Below are positions 28,607 to 38,026 of a DNA stretch of 64,000 nucleotides, piece by piece; position 1 is the stretch's first letter; every line of letters begins with the position of its first letter. Source of the stretch: Poseidonibacter sp. GTDB taxonomy: Bacteria; Campylobacterota; Campylobacteria; Campylobacterales; Arcobacteraceae. Under the pieces are notes generated by a model. That model was not told the DNA's origin and made no database searches. It saw nothing but the letters and a program-made list of their open reading frames with translations. A program made the translations under genes and the position numbers. The stretch covers positions 3,901-67,900 of the forward strand of contig NZ_JBGUES010000001.1 in the NCBI RefSeq assembly GCF_041821165.1. Direction: 5' to 3'.

Positions 28607-30661
28607 ATGTCTGAAAATCTACTATCATCACTTAATGATTCACAAAAAATCGCAGCCCAACATATTGATGGCTCACTACTTATATTAGCAGGAGCAGGTT
28701 CTGGGAAAACGAAAACAATAACAACTAGACTTGCGTATTTAATTTCAATTGGGATTGATCCAGCATCAATTTTAACTTTGACTTTTACAAATAAAGCAGC
28801 ATCTGAAATGAGAGAACGAGCTTTCTCAATGATTGATCCATCACATATAAATACACCGCCATTATTATGTACTTTTCATAAATTTGGATTATTATTTTTA
28901 AAGTTTTATATGACTGAATTAGGAAGAAAAAACAATTTTATTATTATAGATACAGATGATAAAAAAAGAATTTTAAAGTCAATTGATAAAGAGATTACAA
29001 CATCATTAGTTGCAGCAGAAATTTCTAAATACAAAAATACATTAATAACTCCAAGTGAAGCTAAATCAGCAGCACAATTAAAACTTTACAAAGATATTGC
29101 AGATATTTATGAAAAATATGAAGATTATATTGCAAAAAATAATCTAGTAGATTTTGATGACTTATTACTTCTTCCATATAAAATTTTAAAAAACAATGAA
29201 GAATTAGCAAAAGAAACAAGTAAAAGATACCAATATATTATGGTAGATGAGTATCAAGATACAAATGAATTACAATATAGACTATTAAGAATGTTATGTA
29301 CAACTCATGATAATCTTTGTGTGGTTGGGGATGATGACCAATCAATTTATGGTTGGCGTGGTGCAACTATTAAAAATATATTAAATTTTTCTGAGCATTT
29401 TGAAGATACAACTGTTGTAAAACTTGAAGAAAACTATAGATCAACTGATACTATCTTAAATCATGCAAATCAATTAATTGAACATAACAGAGATAGATTA
29501 GGAAAAAAACTAGTAGGTACAAGATCAAAAGGTGATTCAATAAAAGTCTATGAATCACATGATGAAAATGAAGAAACAAGAAAAATTGTTGATGATATAA
29601 AGAACTTATTAGATGCAGGTAAATCAGCAAAAGATATTGCAATTTTATTTAGAGTAAATGCCTTATCAAGATCTTTAGAAGAGGGTTTTAATAAAGCAGG
29701 TTTAAACTATAAACTTGTTGGTGGTATGAAGTTCTACGAAAGAGCAGAGATTAAAGATTTAATTGCTTATTTTAGAATTTTAACAAATGCAAGTGATAAC
29801 TTTTCATTAAAAAGAGTAATCAATAAACCAAAACGTGGAATTGGTAAAACAACAATTGATAAGCTAGAAGCTAAATCACAAGAAACAAAAAAGCCAATTT
29901 TTGATTTAATACAAGAATTAACACCAGAAGAATTAACAGCAATTGTAGGTAAAAAGAACTCAAGAACTCTAAAAGTATTTGAAGCCACTATTATTGATTT
30001 AAGAGAAATAATTGATGAATCTAAGATGAAGTTTTTAGACTCTTTTGAAGAATCATTTGATTATAGAGCTTCTTATGATAATGTTCCTGATGGTTTTGAA
30101 AGACAAGCTAACGTTGATGAATTTTATGGTTATATAAGAGATTACTTTATTCAACATCCTCATTTAGAATTAAAAGATTTTTTAAATGATATTGCACTTG
30201 AAAGTGAAAATAGTGAATATAATAATGAAGCTATTTCTATGATGAGTATTCATGCTTCAAAAGGTTTAGAGTTTAAAAATGTATTTATTATTGGTTTAGA
30301 AGAAGGCTTTTTCCCAATTACAGGAGATGGAGCTGATACAGAAGAAGAAAGAAGATTAGGTTATGTAGCAATTACAAGAGCTATGGATAATCTTACTTTA
30401 TCTTTTGTTCATTCAAGATTTTATAAGGGAAAAAGAACACAATTAAAAAGAAGTAGATTTTTAAGTGAATCAGGTCTTATAAAAGGGTGTTTAACAATTG
30501 AAAAAACATCATCTTATAAAAAAGGTGACCTAGTTCAACATAAAATTTTTGGAATGGGTAGAGTACAAAAAAGTGCTAAAGCTGGTAAAGATTATAAATT
30601 AACTATAAACTTTGGTGGAACAGTTCGAGATATTTTATCTTCATTTGTAGAAAAAATATAA
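28607..30661 (+). CDS. UvrD/PcrA/Rep-type SF1 DNA helicase
   Basis: 684 aa. Walker A AGAGSGKT, DEYQDT, VGDDDQSIYGWRGA, and a C-terminal Tudor-like tail (GDLVQHKIFGMGRV). Confidence 0.92.
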   Translation: MSENLLSSLNDSQKIAAQHIDGSLLILAGAGSGKTKTITTRLAYLISIGIDPASILTLTFTNKAASEMRERAFSMIDPSHINTPPLLCTFHKFGLLFLKFYMTELGRKNNFIIIDTDDKKRILKSIDKEITTSLVAAEISKYKNTLITPSEAKSAAQLKLYKDIADIYEKYEDYIAKNNLVDFDDLLLLPYKILKNNEELAKETSKRYQYIMVDEYQDTNELQYRLLRMLCTTHDNLCVVGDDDQSIYGWRGATIKNILNFSEHFEDTTVVKLEENYRSTDTILNHANQLIEHNRDRLGKKLVGTRSKGDSIKVYESHDENEETRKIVDDIKNLLDAGKSAKDIAILFRVNALSRSLEEGFNKAGLNYKLVGGMKFYERAEIKDLIAYFRILTNASDNFSLKRVINKPKRGIGKTTIDKLEAKSQETKKPIFDLIQELTPEELTAIVGKKNSRTLKVFEATIIDLREIIDESKMKFLDSFEESFDYRASYDNVPDGFERQANVDEFYGYIRDYFIQHPHLELKDFLNDIALESENSEYNNEAISMMSIHASKGLEFKNVFIIGLEEGFFPITGDGADTEEERRLGYVAITRAMDNLTLSFVHSRFYKGKRTQLKRSRFLSESGLIKGCLTIEKTSSYKKGDLVQHKIFGMGRVQKSAKAGKDYKLTINFGGTVRDILSSFVEKI

Positions 30662-30683
30662 TATTAAAAAAAGTGAAATAAAA

Positions 30684-31535
30684 TTGCAAAAAAGATTATA
30701 CGATAAAGAATCATTAAATAAATTAATAGTAGTAAATAAACCAATATATATGAGTTCAAACTCTTATTTAAATAGAATAAAAAGAAAATATAAAAATAAA
30801 AAAGCAGGTTTTTCGGGTACATTAGATCCTTTTGCAAAGGGATGTTTAATTGTTGCCTTTGGACAATATTCTAAACTTTTCAAATATCTTAAAAAAACAC
30901 CAAAAACATATAAAGCTGTTCTTTGGTTAGGTGCAACTTCTGAATCATTAGATTTAGAAAATATTATAGATGTACAAGAAGCAAAAAGATTAGATATAAA
31001 TGATATAAAAAAACAAATTGATTCTTTAGTAGGTGATATAACATATACTCCTCCAAAGTTTTCTGCTAAAAAAATTGATGGAAAAAGAGCTTATGATTTA
31101 GCAAGAGAAGGTAAAGAAGTAAAAATGAAAGAATCAACTATGAGTATTACTAATACTAAGTTTATTTCATATTCACATCCTTTTATTACTTTTGAATCAA
31201 CGGTAAGTGAAGGTTCATATATAAGAAGTTTAGGTCAAATTTTGGCAAAAAAACTTGATAGTATTGGAACTTTATCTTATTTAGAAAGAATAAATGAAGG
31301 TGAATTTTTTTATGAAAATGAAAAAGATTTAAACCCTTTAGATTATTTAGATTTAGATAAAAATATTTATACAGGTACAAAAGAGTGGCTATTTGATGGT
31401 AAAAAGATTTCAATTGATTATTTAGAAAAAAAAGAGAATGGCTCATATATAATTGAGTTTGATGATTTTTTTAGTATCATTGAGATAAATGAAAATGAAG
31501 TTTCATATTTGTTAAATAAGGTAAAACTAGGATGA
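30684..31535 (+). CDS. truB: tRNA pseudouridine(55) synthase
   Basis: 283 aa. GTLDPFAKG catalytic Asp motif. A TTG start is inferred. Confidence 0.9.
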   Translation: MQKRLYDKESLNKLIVVNKPIYMSSNSYLNRIKRKYKNKKAGFSGTLDPFAKGCLIVAFGQYSKLFKYLKKTPKTYKAVLWLGATSESLDLENIIDVQEAKRLDINDIKKQIDSLVGDITYTPPKFSAKKIDGKRAYDLAREGKEVKMKESTMSITNTKFISYSHPFITFESTVSEGSYIRSLGQILAKKLDSIGTLSYLERINEGEFFYENEKDLNPLDYLDLDKNIYTGTKEWLFDGKKISIDYLEKKENGSYIIEFDDFFSIIEINENEVSYLLNKVKLG

Positions 31536-32296
31536 TGAAAAAATCTTATGCAAAAGTTAATATTTTTTTAAAAATTGCAAATAAAAGGGATAATTATCAT
31601 GAACTTGTATCAAGATTTGTAAGAGTTCATTCACTTTATGATTTAGTATCATTTGAAAAATCAAATAATACTAAGTTTAATATAATAGGTGATTTTGCTT
31701 GTAAACTAGAATCAAATACTGTATATAAAGCATATAAACTTTTAGAAAAATATGATAGCGTTAAGACTTTTTTTCAAAATCATGATGTTAAAATTGAAAA
31801 AAATATACCAGAATTTGCAGGTTTAGGTGGTGGTAGTTCTAATGCTGCTACTTTTTTAATTATGACTAATGAATATTGTAATTTAAATCTATCAAAAGAT
31901 GAGTTATGTGAAATTGCTGTAAAAATTGGTGCAGATGTTCCATTTTTTGTATATGAATATGATAGTGCAAATGTTAGAGGTATTGGTGAAATTGTAGAGA
32001 AATTTGATGAAGAAATTTTAGATATACAAACTATTACTCCAAAAATTAAATGTGATACTGGTGAAATTTTTTCTATTTTTAGAAATAAATTTTATAAACA
32101 AATTCAAGATGATGAAGCTTTAAAACTATTAAATACAAAATCAATTGATATTTTAAATCAATTAGATATTTATACTGCAAATGATTTATATGAACCTGCA
32201 GTTAATGCATATTCACTATTAAAAGAGTATGAAAAAAAAGATTGGTATTTTAGTGGAAGTGGAAGTTCATTTTTTAAGGTAAACAATAATGGCTAA
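31532..32296 (+). CDS. ispE: 4-diphosphocytidyl-2-C-methyl-D-erythritol kinase
   Basis: 254 aa. [12 protein letters not shown] motif [10 protein letters not shown]. Overlaps the truB stop. Confidence 0.9.
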   Translation: MMKKSYAKVNIFLKIANKRDNYHELVSRFVRVHSLYDLVSFEKSNNTKFNIIGDFACKLESNTVYKAYKLLEKYDSVKTFFQNHDVKIEKNIPEFAGLGGGSSNAATFLIMTNEYCNLNLSKDELCEIAVKIGADVPFFVYEYDSANVRGIGEIVEKFDEEILDIQTITPKIKCDTGEIFSIFRNKFYKQIQDDEALKLLNTKSIDILNQLDIYTANDLYEPAVNAYSLLKEYEKKDWYFSGSGSSFFKVNNNG

Positions 32297-32759
32297 AAAA
32301 GAAGTAAAAAAGAATTTAGTATTTAAAAATAAAAAAGCATTTCATGATTTTACAATTTTAGATACTTATGAAGCAGGAATAGTTTTAGAAGGTAGTGAAG
32401 TAAAAGCTCTACGAGATGGTCGCGCAAATTTAAAAGATTCATTTATTAAAATAATAAAAGGTGAAGTTTTTTTATTTAATATGCATATTTCTCACTTAAG
32501 TACAGCTCATGCAACTTATAGACCTGATGAAAGACGTGAAAGAAAATTATTATTGCATAATAAAGAGATAGAAAAATTGTACTCAAAAGTAATGAAAGAT
32601 GGAATAACAATTGTAGCTTTAAAAATGTATTTTAATGCAAAAAATATGGTAAAAGTACAAATTGCATCTGCATTAGGAAAGAAACTTCATGATAAAAGAG
32701 AAGATTTAAAAAAGAAAACTCAAGAGCGAGATATGAAAATCGCTCTTAAGAGTTTTTAG
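32289..32759 (+). CDS. smpB: SsrA-binding protein
   Basis: 156 aa. KNKKAFHDF...GSEVKALR...LLLHNKEI. Confidence 0.95.
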   Translation: MAKKEVKKNLVFKNKKAFHDFTILDTYEAGIVLEGSEVKALRDGRANLKDSFIKIIKGEVFLFNMHISHLSTAHATYRPDERRERKLLLHNKEIEKLYSKVMKDGITIVALKMYFNAKNMVKVQIASALGKKLHDKREDLKKKTQERDMKIALKSF

Positions 32760-33535
32760 AATTTTGCTGATAATCCTAGCATCATTCCTTTATTAGTGAT
32801 ATTACCATTTACATCATCTGATAAATCTTTACTAATATCTAGTTTTTGAATTTTATATCCAACATCTAATCTAAAATCAATTAATGGTAAAGGTATTGGT
32901 AAATCAATACTTGCCATAATCATTGAATCACTTAATTCAGAACCATCATATGAAATCATTTTTGTTGAAGCACTAATAGTTGCAGGAATAAATGGTGGTT
33001 TTATTTGTGCAGCTAAATAACCCATTGGTACAATAAAATCTAAATCAACTGATTCTACTTTTGTACTATTTACATCTGAAAGTGTTATAGAACCATCATA
33101 TTGTTTGATATTAATACCAAAATCAACATTTAAAATACCTGCTGATAGTATATTTAATCCAGGAACTCCCCAATATAAAATTAAATCATTTTGTGTTAAA
33201 TCAATATCAGATTTAGTTGAACCAGAAAAAGTCTCATTACCAAATGTTACATTTGCAGTTTTTGTTGCATTTGTTTTTAACTCTTGTCTTTCAATTCTAA
33301 TATTTGGAATAATTGGAACAAAATGATTTATGTCTGCATAAAAATATCCATTTGATGAATCATTTAATCCTAAATCATTTTCTAAGTTAATATCTCCTGC
33401 ATCATAAGCGATTGTTCCAGAAGTTTTAGCCATCCAAGCTCCAGCTCCAACTTGTGCATCTAAAATAACACCAGCACTTGCATTTGTGCATAATAAACAT
33501 GAAGCTGTTAGTGCAGAATAAAGAAGTTTTTTCAT
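32756..33535 (-). CDS. Putative beta-barrel outer-membrane protein (small OMP family common in Campylobacterota)
   Basis: 259 aa. Signal peptide ending SAGV, alternating beta-strand pattern, C-terminal ...GLSAKF. Confidence 0.55.
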   Translation of the reverse strand: MKKLLYSALTASCLLCTNASAGVILDAQVGAGAWMAKTSGTIAYDAGDINLENDLGLNDSSNGYFYADINHFVPIIPNIRIERQELKTNATKTANVTFGNETFSGSTKSDIDLTQNDLILYWGVPGLNILSAGILNVDFGINIKQYDGSITLSDVNSTKVESVDLDFIVPMGYLAAQIKPPFIPATISASTKMISYDGSELSDSMIMASIDLPIPLPLIDFRLDVGYKIQKLDISKDLSDDVNGNITNKGMMLGLSAKF

Positions 33536-33706
33536 TTGTTTCCTTTTGTTTTTCGCATTATAGTATAAAATTTATTATTTGATGATAATACTGATTATTA
33601 AAAGCATAATTTTCTTCTATCTAATTATTATTTTTTAATAAAATTTGGCTTAATTTTTGCTAATATTAAGGCTTAACTTAGTGGGGTTTAGTTAAAATAT
33701 TCGCCA

Positions 33707-33723
33707 TAAGTGACGTTAGTGAC
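33707..33723 (+). promoter_or_regulatory. Direct repeat T[A/T]AGTGAC x2 (9-nt register), 30-45 nt upstream of ccoN
   Basis: TAAGTGAC at 33707-33714 and TTAGTGAC at 33716-23, read directly. Role unknown (operator or leader element). Confidence 0.2.
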
Positions 33724-33752
33724 TTGTATATAAAATTAGTAGGAGGAGATTG

Positions 33753-35222
33753 ATGCAAAACGGTGCACAAATTGAGTACGATTACTCAGTTGCAAAAGCC
33801 TTTACATTTGCAACAATTTTGTTTGGTATCATTGGTATGACAGTTGGTGTTGTATTAGCGTTTCAATTAGCATTCCCTGAGTTAAATAATTTAGCCGGAG
33901 AATATGGTACATTCAGTAGATTAAGACCTTTACACACAAATGGTGTTGCTTTTGGTTTTGCTCTAAGTGGTATTTTTGCGGCATGGTATTATATTTCGCA
34001 AAGAGTTTTAAAAGTTTCTTTAAAAGAATCACCATTCTTGATGGGTATTGCAAAATTACATTTTGTACTTTATTTCATAACTATTCTTTTAGCAGTTGTA
34101 ACTCTATTTATGGGTATTACAACATCTAAAGAGTATGCTGAATTAGAGTGGCCATTAGATATCTTAGTTGTACTTTGGTGGGTATTATGGGGTATTTCAA
34201 TTTTTGGTTTAATTGGTATTAGAAGAGAAAGAACTTTATATATTTCTTTATGGTATTTCATAGCTACATTTATTTCTGTTGCAATGTTATATTTATTTAA
34301 CAATATGGAAGTTCCTACATATTTTGCTTCAGGTGGATATGGTTCATGGATTCATTCTGTTTCTATGTATTCAGGTACAAATGACGCACTAGTACAATGG
34401 TGGTATGGACACAATGCTGTTGCATTCGTATTCACAACTCCAATTATTGCTATGATTTATTATTTCTTACCAAAAGAATCAGGTCAAAATGTTTATTCAT
34501 ATAAACTTTCTATCCTAGCATTCTGGGGATTATTATTTGTTTATTTATGGGCTGGTGGACACCACCTTATTTATTCAACTGTTCCTGATTGGATGCAAAC
34601 AATGGGTTCTGTAATGTCAGTTGTATTAATTTTACCATCATGGGGATCAGCTATTAATATGCTTTTAACAATGAAGGGTGAATGGCAACAATTACAAACA
34701 AATACACTAATTAAATTTATGGTATTAGCTTCAACTTTCTATATGTTATCAACTATTGAAGGACCAATTCAAGCTATTAAATCTGTAAATGCTATTGCAC
34801 ACTTTACTGACTGGATTCCAGGACACGTACATGATGGTGTATTAGGATGGGTTGTATTTATGATTATGGCAGCATTATTCCATATGGTTCCAAGAATGTA
34901 TAAAAGAGAAATTTACTCTAAGTCATTAATGGATACACAATTCTGGTTACAAACAACTGGTATTGTATTATACTTTACGTCAATGTGGATTGCAGGTATT
35001 ACTCAAGGTATGATGTGGAGAGCGTATGATGATTACGGTTCTTTATTATATTCATTCATTGATACAGTAACTGTATTACAACCATATTACACAATTAGAG
35101 CAGTTGGTGGGTTAATGTACCTAATTGGATTCTTTATGTTCGCATATAATATTTATAAAACTATTAAATGTGGAAGAATACTTGATAAAGAACCAGCAAA
35201 CGCTACACCAGTAGCTGCGTAA
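33753..35222 (+). CDS. ccoN: cbb3-type cytochrome c oxidase subunit I
   Basis: About 489 aa, 12+ TM. Conserved WWYGHNAV, GGHHL and PGHVH histidine ligand contexts. AGGAGG SD before the ATG at 33753. Confidence 0.96.
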   Translation: MQNGAQIEYDYSVAKAFTFATILFGIIGMTVGVVLAFQLAFPELNNLAGEYGTFSRLRPLHTNGVAFGFALSGIFAAWYYISQRVLKVSLKESPFLMGIAKLHFVLYFITILLAVVTLFMGITTSKEYAELEWPLDILVVLWWVLWGISIFGLIGIRRERTLYISLWYFIATFISVAMLYLFNNMEVPTYFASGGYGSWIHSVSMYSGTNDALVQWWYGHNAVAFVFTTPIIAMIYYFLPKESGQNVYSYKLSILAFWGLLFVYLWAGGHHLIYSTVPDWMQTMGSVMSVVLILPSWGSAINMLLTMKGEWQQLQTNTLIKFMVLASTFYMLSTIEGPIQAIKSVNAIAHFTDWIPGHVHDGVLGWVVFMIMAALFHMVPRMYKREIYSKSLMDTQFWLQTTGIVLYFTSMWIAGITQGMMWRAYDDYGSLLYSFIDTVTVLQPYYTIRAVGGLMYLIGFFMFAYNIYKTIKCGRILDKEPANATPVAA

Positions 35223-35236
35223 GAAAAGGAGAAAAT

Positions 35237-35920
35237 ATGTTTCATTGGTTTGAACAAAGACCGTTTTTCTTTGCGGTACTAGTATTCGTGTTTGTTGCAT
35301 TTGCAGGTATTATAGAAGTTATTCCAGATTTTGCAAAACAATCTAGACCAACTGTAGGTACTAAGCCATATTCTGTTTTAGAATTAGCTGGTAGACAAGT
35401 TTATATCAAAGATTCGTGTAATGCTTGTCATTCACAATTAGTTAGACCATTTAAATCAGAAACTGATAGATATGGTATGTATTCATTATCTGGTGAGTAC
35501 GCTTATGATAGACCATTCTTATGGGGATCAAAAAGAACTGGACCAGATTTAATGAGAGTTGGAAATTATAGAACTACAGATTGGCATGAGAATCATATGA
35601 TGGATCCTGCTTCAGTTGTTCCTGGTACTGTAATGCCAGCATACCCTCATCATTTTACAAATATTGCTGATTTAGATACAGCATATGCAGAAGCTTATAC
35701 AGTTAAAACTGTTTTTGCAACTCCATATGATCAAGATTTAGATGGTGATGGAAAAATTGATGTAGTTTTAGGTGATTATGAATCAGCTATGGCAAACGTA
35801 CAAGAAGAAGCAAAAGCTATTGCTGCTGATATGAAAACTCAAGCGGTAAAAGATGCTGTTGCAAATGGTAAAATTCCTGAGATAGTTGCATTAATTGCAT
35901 ATTTAAATTCTTTAAAATAA
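35237..35920 (+). CDS. ccoO: cbb3-type cytochrome c oxidase subunit II (monohaem)
   Basis: 227 aa. N-terminal anchor, CNACHS haem motif, GPDL...WH motif. Confidence 0.95.
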   Translation: MFHWFEQRPFFFAVLVFVFVAFAGIIEVIPDFAKQSRPTVGTKPYSVLELAGRQVYIKDSCNACHSQLVRPFKSETDRYGMYSLSGEYAYDRPFLWGSKRTGPDLMRVGNYRTTDWHENHMMDPASVVPGTVMPAYPHHFTNIADLDTAYAEAYTVKTVFATPYDQDLDGDGKIDVVLGDYESAMANVQEEAKAIAADMKTQAVKDAVANGKIPEIVALIAYLNSLK

Positions 35921-35931
35921 GAGGTTATTAA

Positions 35932-36156
35932 ATGAGTTACGAAACATTGTTAAACATTCAAGGTTATGCAAAGTTCTTTTTGATACTTGCAGTTTTTACT
36001 ATATTCTATTCTTACGCTTACTCTATATATAAAAGAGATAAAAAAGGTGAGAGAGATTTTGAAAAGTATTCAAATCTTGTTCATGATGATTCAATTGTTT
36101 CAGCTCCCCTTGAAGATATAAGAAAAGATAAAGAAAAAGATAATAAGGAGAAATAG
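35932..36156 (+). CDS. ccoQ: cbb3-type oxidase small subunit CcoQ-like
   Basis: 74 aa, single TM, positioned between ccoO and ccoP. Confidence 0.7.
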   Translation: MSYETLLNIQGYAKFFLILAVFTIFYSYAYSIYKRDKKGERDFEKYSNLVHDDSIVSAPLEDIRKDKEKDNKEK

Positions 36157-36157
36157 T

Positions 36158-37045
36158 ATGAAATCTATGGTAGTAGGTGGAATTATTCTTATCATCGCTT
36201 TATTAGCAGGAACTTACTTAGCAGCAGGTGATGCTTTTATTGGTGATGATTACATTAATAGCCTAACAATGTTAGGTGCAGTAGCAATTATTACGATTAG
36301 TGTATTTGTAGTATTAAAATACGTTAATCAAATGAAAAATGATACAGCAAGTGGTGACTTAGCTGAGGAAAAATGGGATGGTATTGGTGAATATAAAAAT
36401 CCAATCCCAACTGGATGGGCATTAGCATTTATTGGTTCAATTCTTTGGATGTTCTGGTATTTTACTATTGGTTATCCAATTAATGGATTCTCACAAATTG
36501 GTCAATGGAATGAAGAGACATTAGAATACAATGCAAAGTTTGAAAAGAAATGGGAAAACCCATCAACTGAAACATTAGAAGCAATGGGTCAATCTACATT
36601 CTTAGTTCAATGTTCACCTTGTCATGGTGTAACAGCTGAAGGTATTGAAGGTAAAGCACAAGATTTAACTAAAAGAATCGCTAAAGAACAAGTTGTTCAT
36701 ATTATTAATAATGGTTCAAATAGTTTAAAAACTGCATATCCTGGTGGAATGCCTGCTGGTATGGCATTTGGTGATGATGTAGATGTAGTTGCTGAATATG
36801 TTGCTGGTGGATTCCAAGGTGAACAACCTGCTGCGTATGCTGCTTGTGCTGGATGTCATGGTGCAGATGGTAAAGGTATGCCTTACGTTGCTCCAAACAT
36901 TAGAGAGTATGATGATGCAATCGTATCAGCTGTGTTAAAAGACGGAAAAAAAGGTAATATTGGTATGATGCCAAGCTTTGATGGAAGACTTAATGAAACA
37001 CAACAAAAAGCACTTGCTGCATACTTAAGAAGTTTAGGAGAGTAA
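36158..37045 (+). CDS. ccoP: cbb3-type cytochrome c oxidase subunit III (dihaem)
   Basis: 295 aa. TM anchors, two haem motifs CSPCHG and CAGCHG. Confidence 0.95.
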   Translation: MKSMVVGGIILIIALLAGTYLAAGDAFIGDDYINSLTMLGAVAIITISVFVVLKYVNQMKNDTASGDLAEEKWDGIGEYKNPIPTGWALAFIGSILWMFWYFTIGYPINGFSQIGQWNEETLEYNAKFEKKWENPSTETLEAMGQSTFLVQCSPCHGVTAEGIEGKAQDLTKRIAKEQVVHIINNGSNSLKTAYPGGMPAGMAFGDDVDVVAEYVAGGFQGEQPAAYAACAGCHGADGKGMPYVAPNIREYDDAIVSAVLKDGKKGNIGMMPSFDGRLNETQQKALAAYLRSLGE

Positions 37046-37046
37046 G

Positions 37047-37289
37047 ATGGCTGGAAATACACAAATGAACGAAAACGAAAGAGGTATATTTAAGCTACAT
37101 GGTATCACAGGGATGTTAATAGCGGTAGTTTTATTACTATCGATTTTAGCATTTCTTGTTACTAATGCTTTAACAGTACAACAAAATGAAGCTAATAATT
37201 TTTACCAAATAAATCAAGATTTAAATGGATTAAAAATGAATAGCTCAGATAATCATAAACAGTACCAACTTGTTGGTCCTGGTAAATAA
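37047..37289 (+). CDS. Small single-TM protein (DUF4006-like) linked to cbb3 oxidase
   Basis: 80 aa. GIFKLHGITGMLIAVVLLLSI. Starts 1 nt after the ccoP stop. Confidence 0.6.
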   Translation: MAGNTQMNENERGIFKLHGITGMLIAVVLLLSILAFLVTNALTVQQNEANNFYQINQDLNGLKMNSSDNHKQYQLVGPGK

Positions 37290-37299
37290 GGAGTAGGAT

Positions 37300-37392
37300 A
37301 TGGAAAAAATTATTGGTGTTTTACTTTTAGTAAGTGCTGTAATGACTGCTTATTATGGTTACTTTGATGCTGCAAAAGTATATGTTGGTTAA
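37300..37392 (+). CDS. Unlisted 30-aa single-TM micro-protein (MEKIIGVLLLVSAVMTAYYGYFDAAKVYVG)
   Basis: Hand-translated. AAGGAG SD at 37288-37293, 6 nt before the ATG. The TAA stop is immediately followed by the ATG of the next gene. Too short for the ORF track. Confidence 0.55.
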   Translation: MEKIIGVLLLVSAVMTAYYGYFDAAKVYVG

Positions 37393-38022
37393 ATGAAAAC
37401 TTTTAACAATTTAAAAATAGGAGTGATTTTTTCACTTCTATTTTTTTTATCACAAAACTTATTTGCAAATGATTATATATTAAATGATGATGGTTTAATT
37501 GATCAAAGAGCAAAGGAAAAAATCAATCAAATTGGTGCTGAGACTAAATCTAAATTAGGTGTAAATGTATACCTTTATGTAAAGTCAAGTTTAAAACTAG
37601 CAAAAGATATAAAAACAAAAGAAAAGTATGACTATATTAGAAATTATGAAAATCAAATAGTTTCTACATTAGAAAAACCTTATGTTCTTATGACTATGGC
37701 TGTTGAAGATATACATGTGAATCTTTTATTTAGTAAAGATTTAGAAAAAGTTATCGATAAAGATGATATTTTAAATGGATATGTTGTTCCTTTATTAGCA
37801 TCAAAAGATAAAAATACATTATTTGCAAAAGTAAGTGCGGCTACATTAAATGGATATGCAGCTATTGCTGATACTATTGCTCTTACAAAAAATATTAAAC
37901 TGCAAAGCAGTATTGGAAACCAAGGAAAGATTTCAAGTACAATTTGGCGTGTATTAATGTACACATTAGTTGTAATTGGTTTATTAACTTATATTTATGC
38001 TGTAATGAGAAAAAGAAAGTAG
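37393..38022 (+). CDS. TPM-domain-like periplasmic protein with signal peptide and C-terminal TM anchor
   Basis: 209 aa. LNDDGLIDQRAKEKINQIGAETKSKLGVNVYLYV and later VVPLLASKD follow the TPM (YgcG-like) pattern. C-terminal hydrophobic helix + RKRK. Confidence 0.5.
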   Translation: MKTFNNLKIGVIFSLLFFLSQNLFANDYILNDDGLIDQRAKEKINQIGAETKSKLGVNVYLYVKSSLKLAKDIKTKEKYDYIRNYENQIVSTLEKPYVLMTMAVEDIHVNLLFSKDLEKVIDKDDILNGYVVPLLASKDKNTLFAKVSAATLNGYAAIADTIALTKNIKLQSSIGNQGKISSTIWRVLMYTLVVIGLLTYIYAVMRKRK

Positions 38023-38026
38023 AACT

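Noticed and set aside
28607-30661. Considered this helicase as the AddA partner of the AddB-like nuclease
   Set aside because: At 684 aa it has a PcrA/UvrD-type C-terminal tail and no C-terminal RecB-type nuclease domain. It also sits in the conserved helicase-truB context, 8 kb from the addB-like gene.
33536-33752. FNR/CRP-type box upstream of ccoN (TTGATGATAATACTGAT)
   Set aside because: Only one half-site (TTGAT) is present and there is no ATCAA at the correct N4 spacing.
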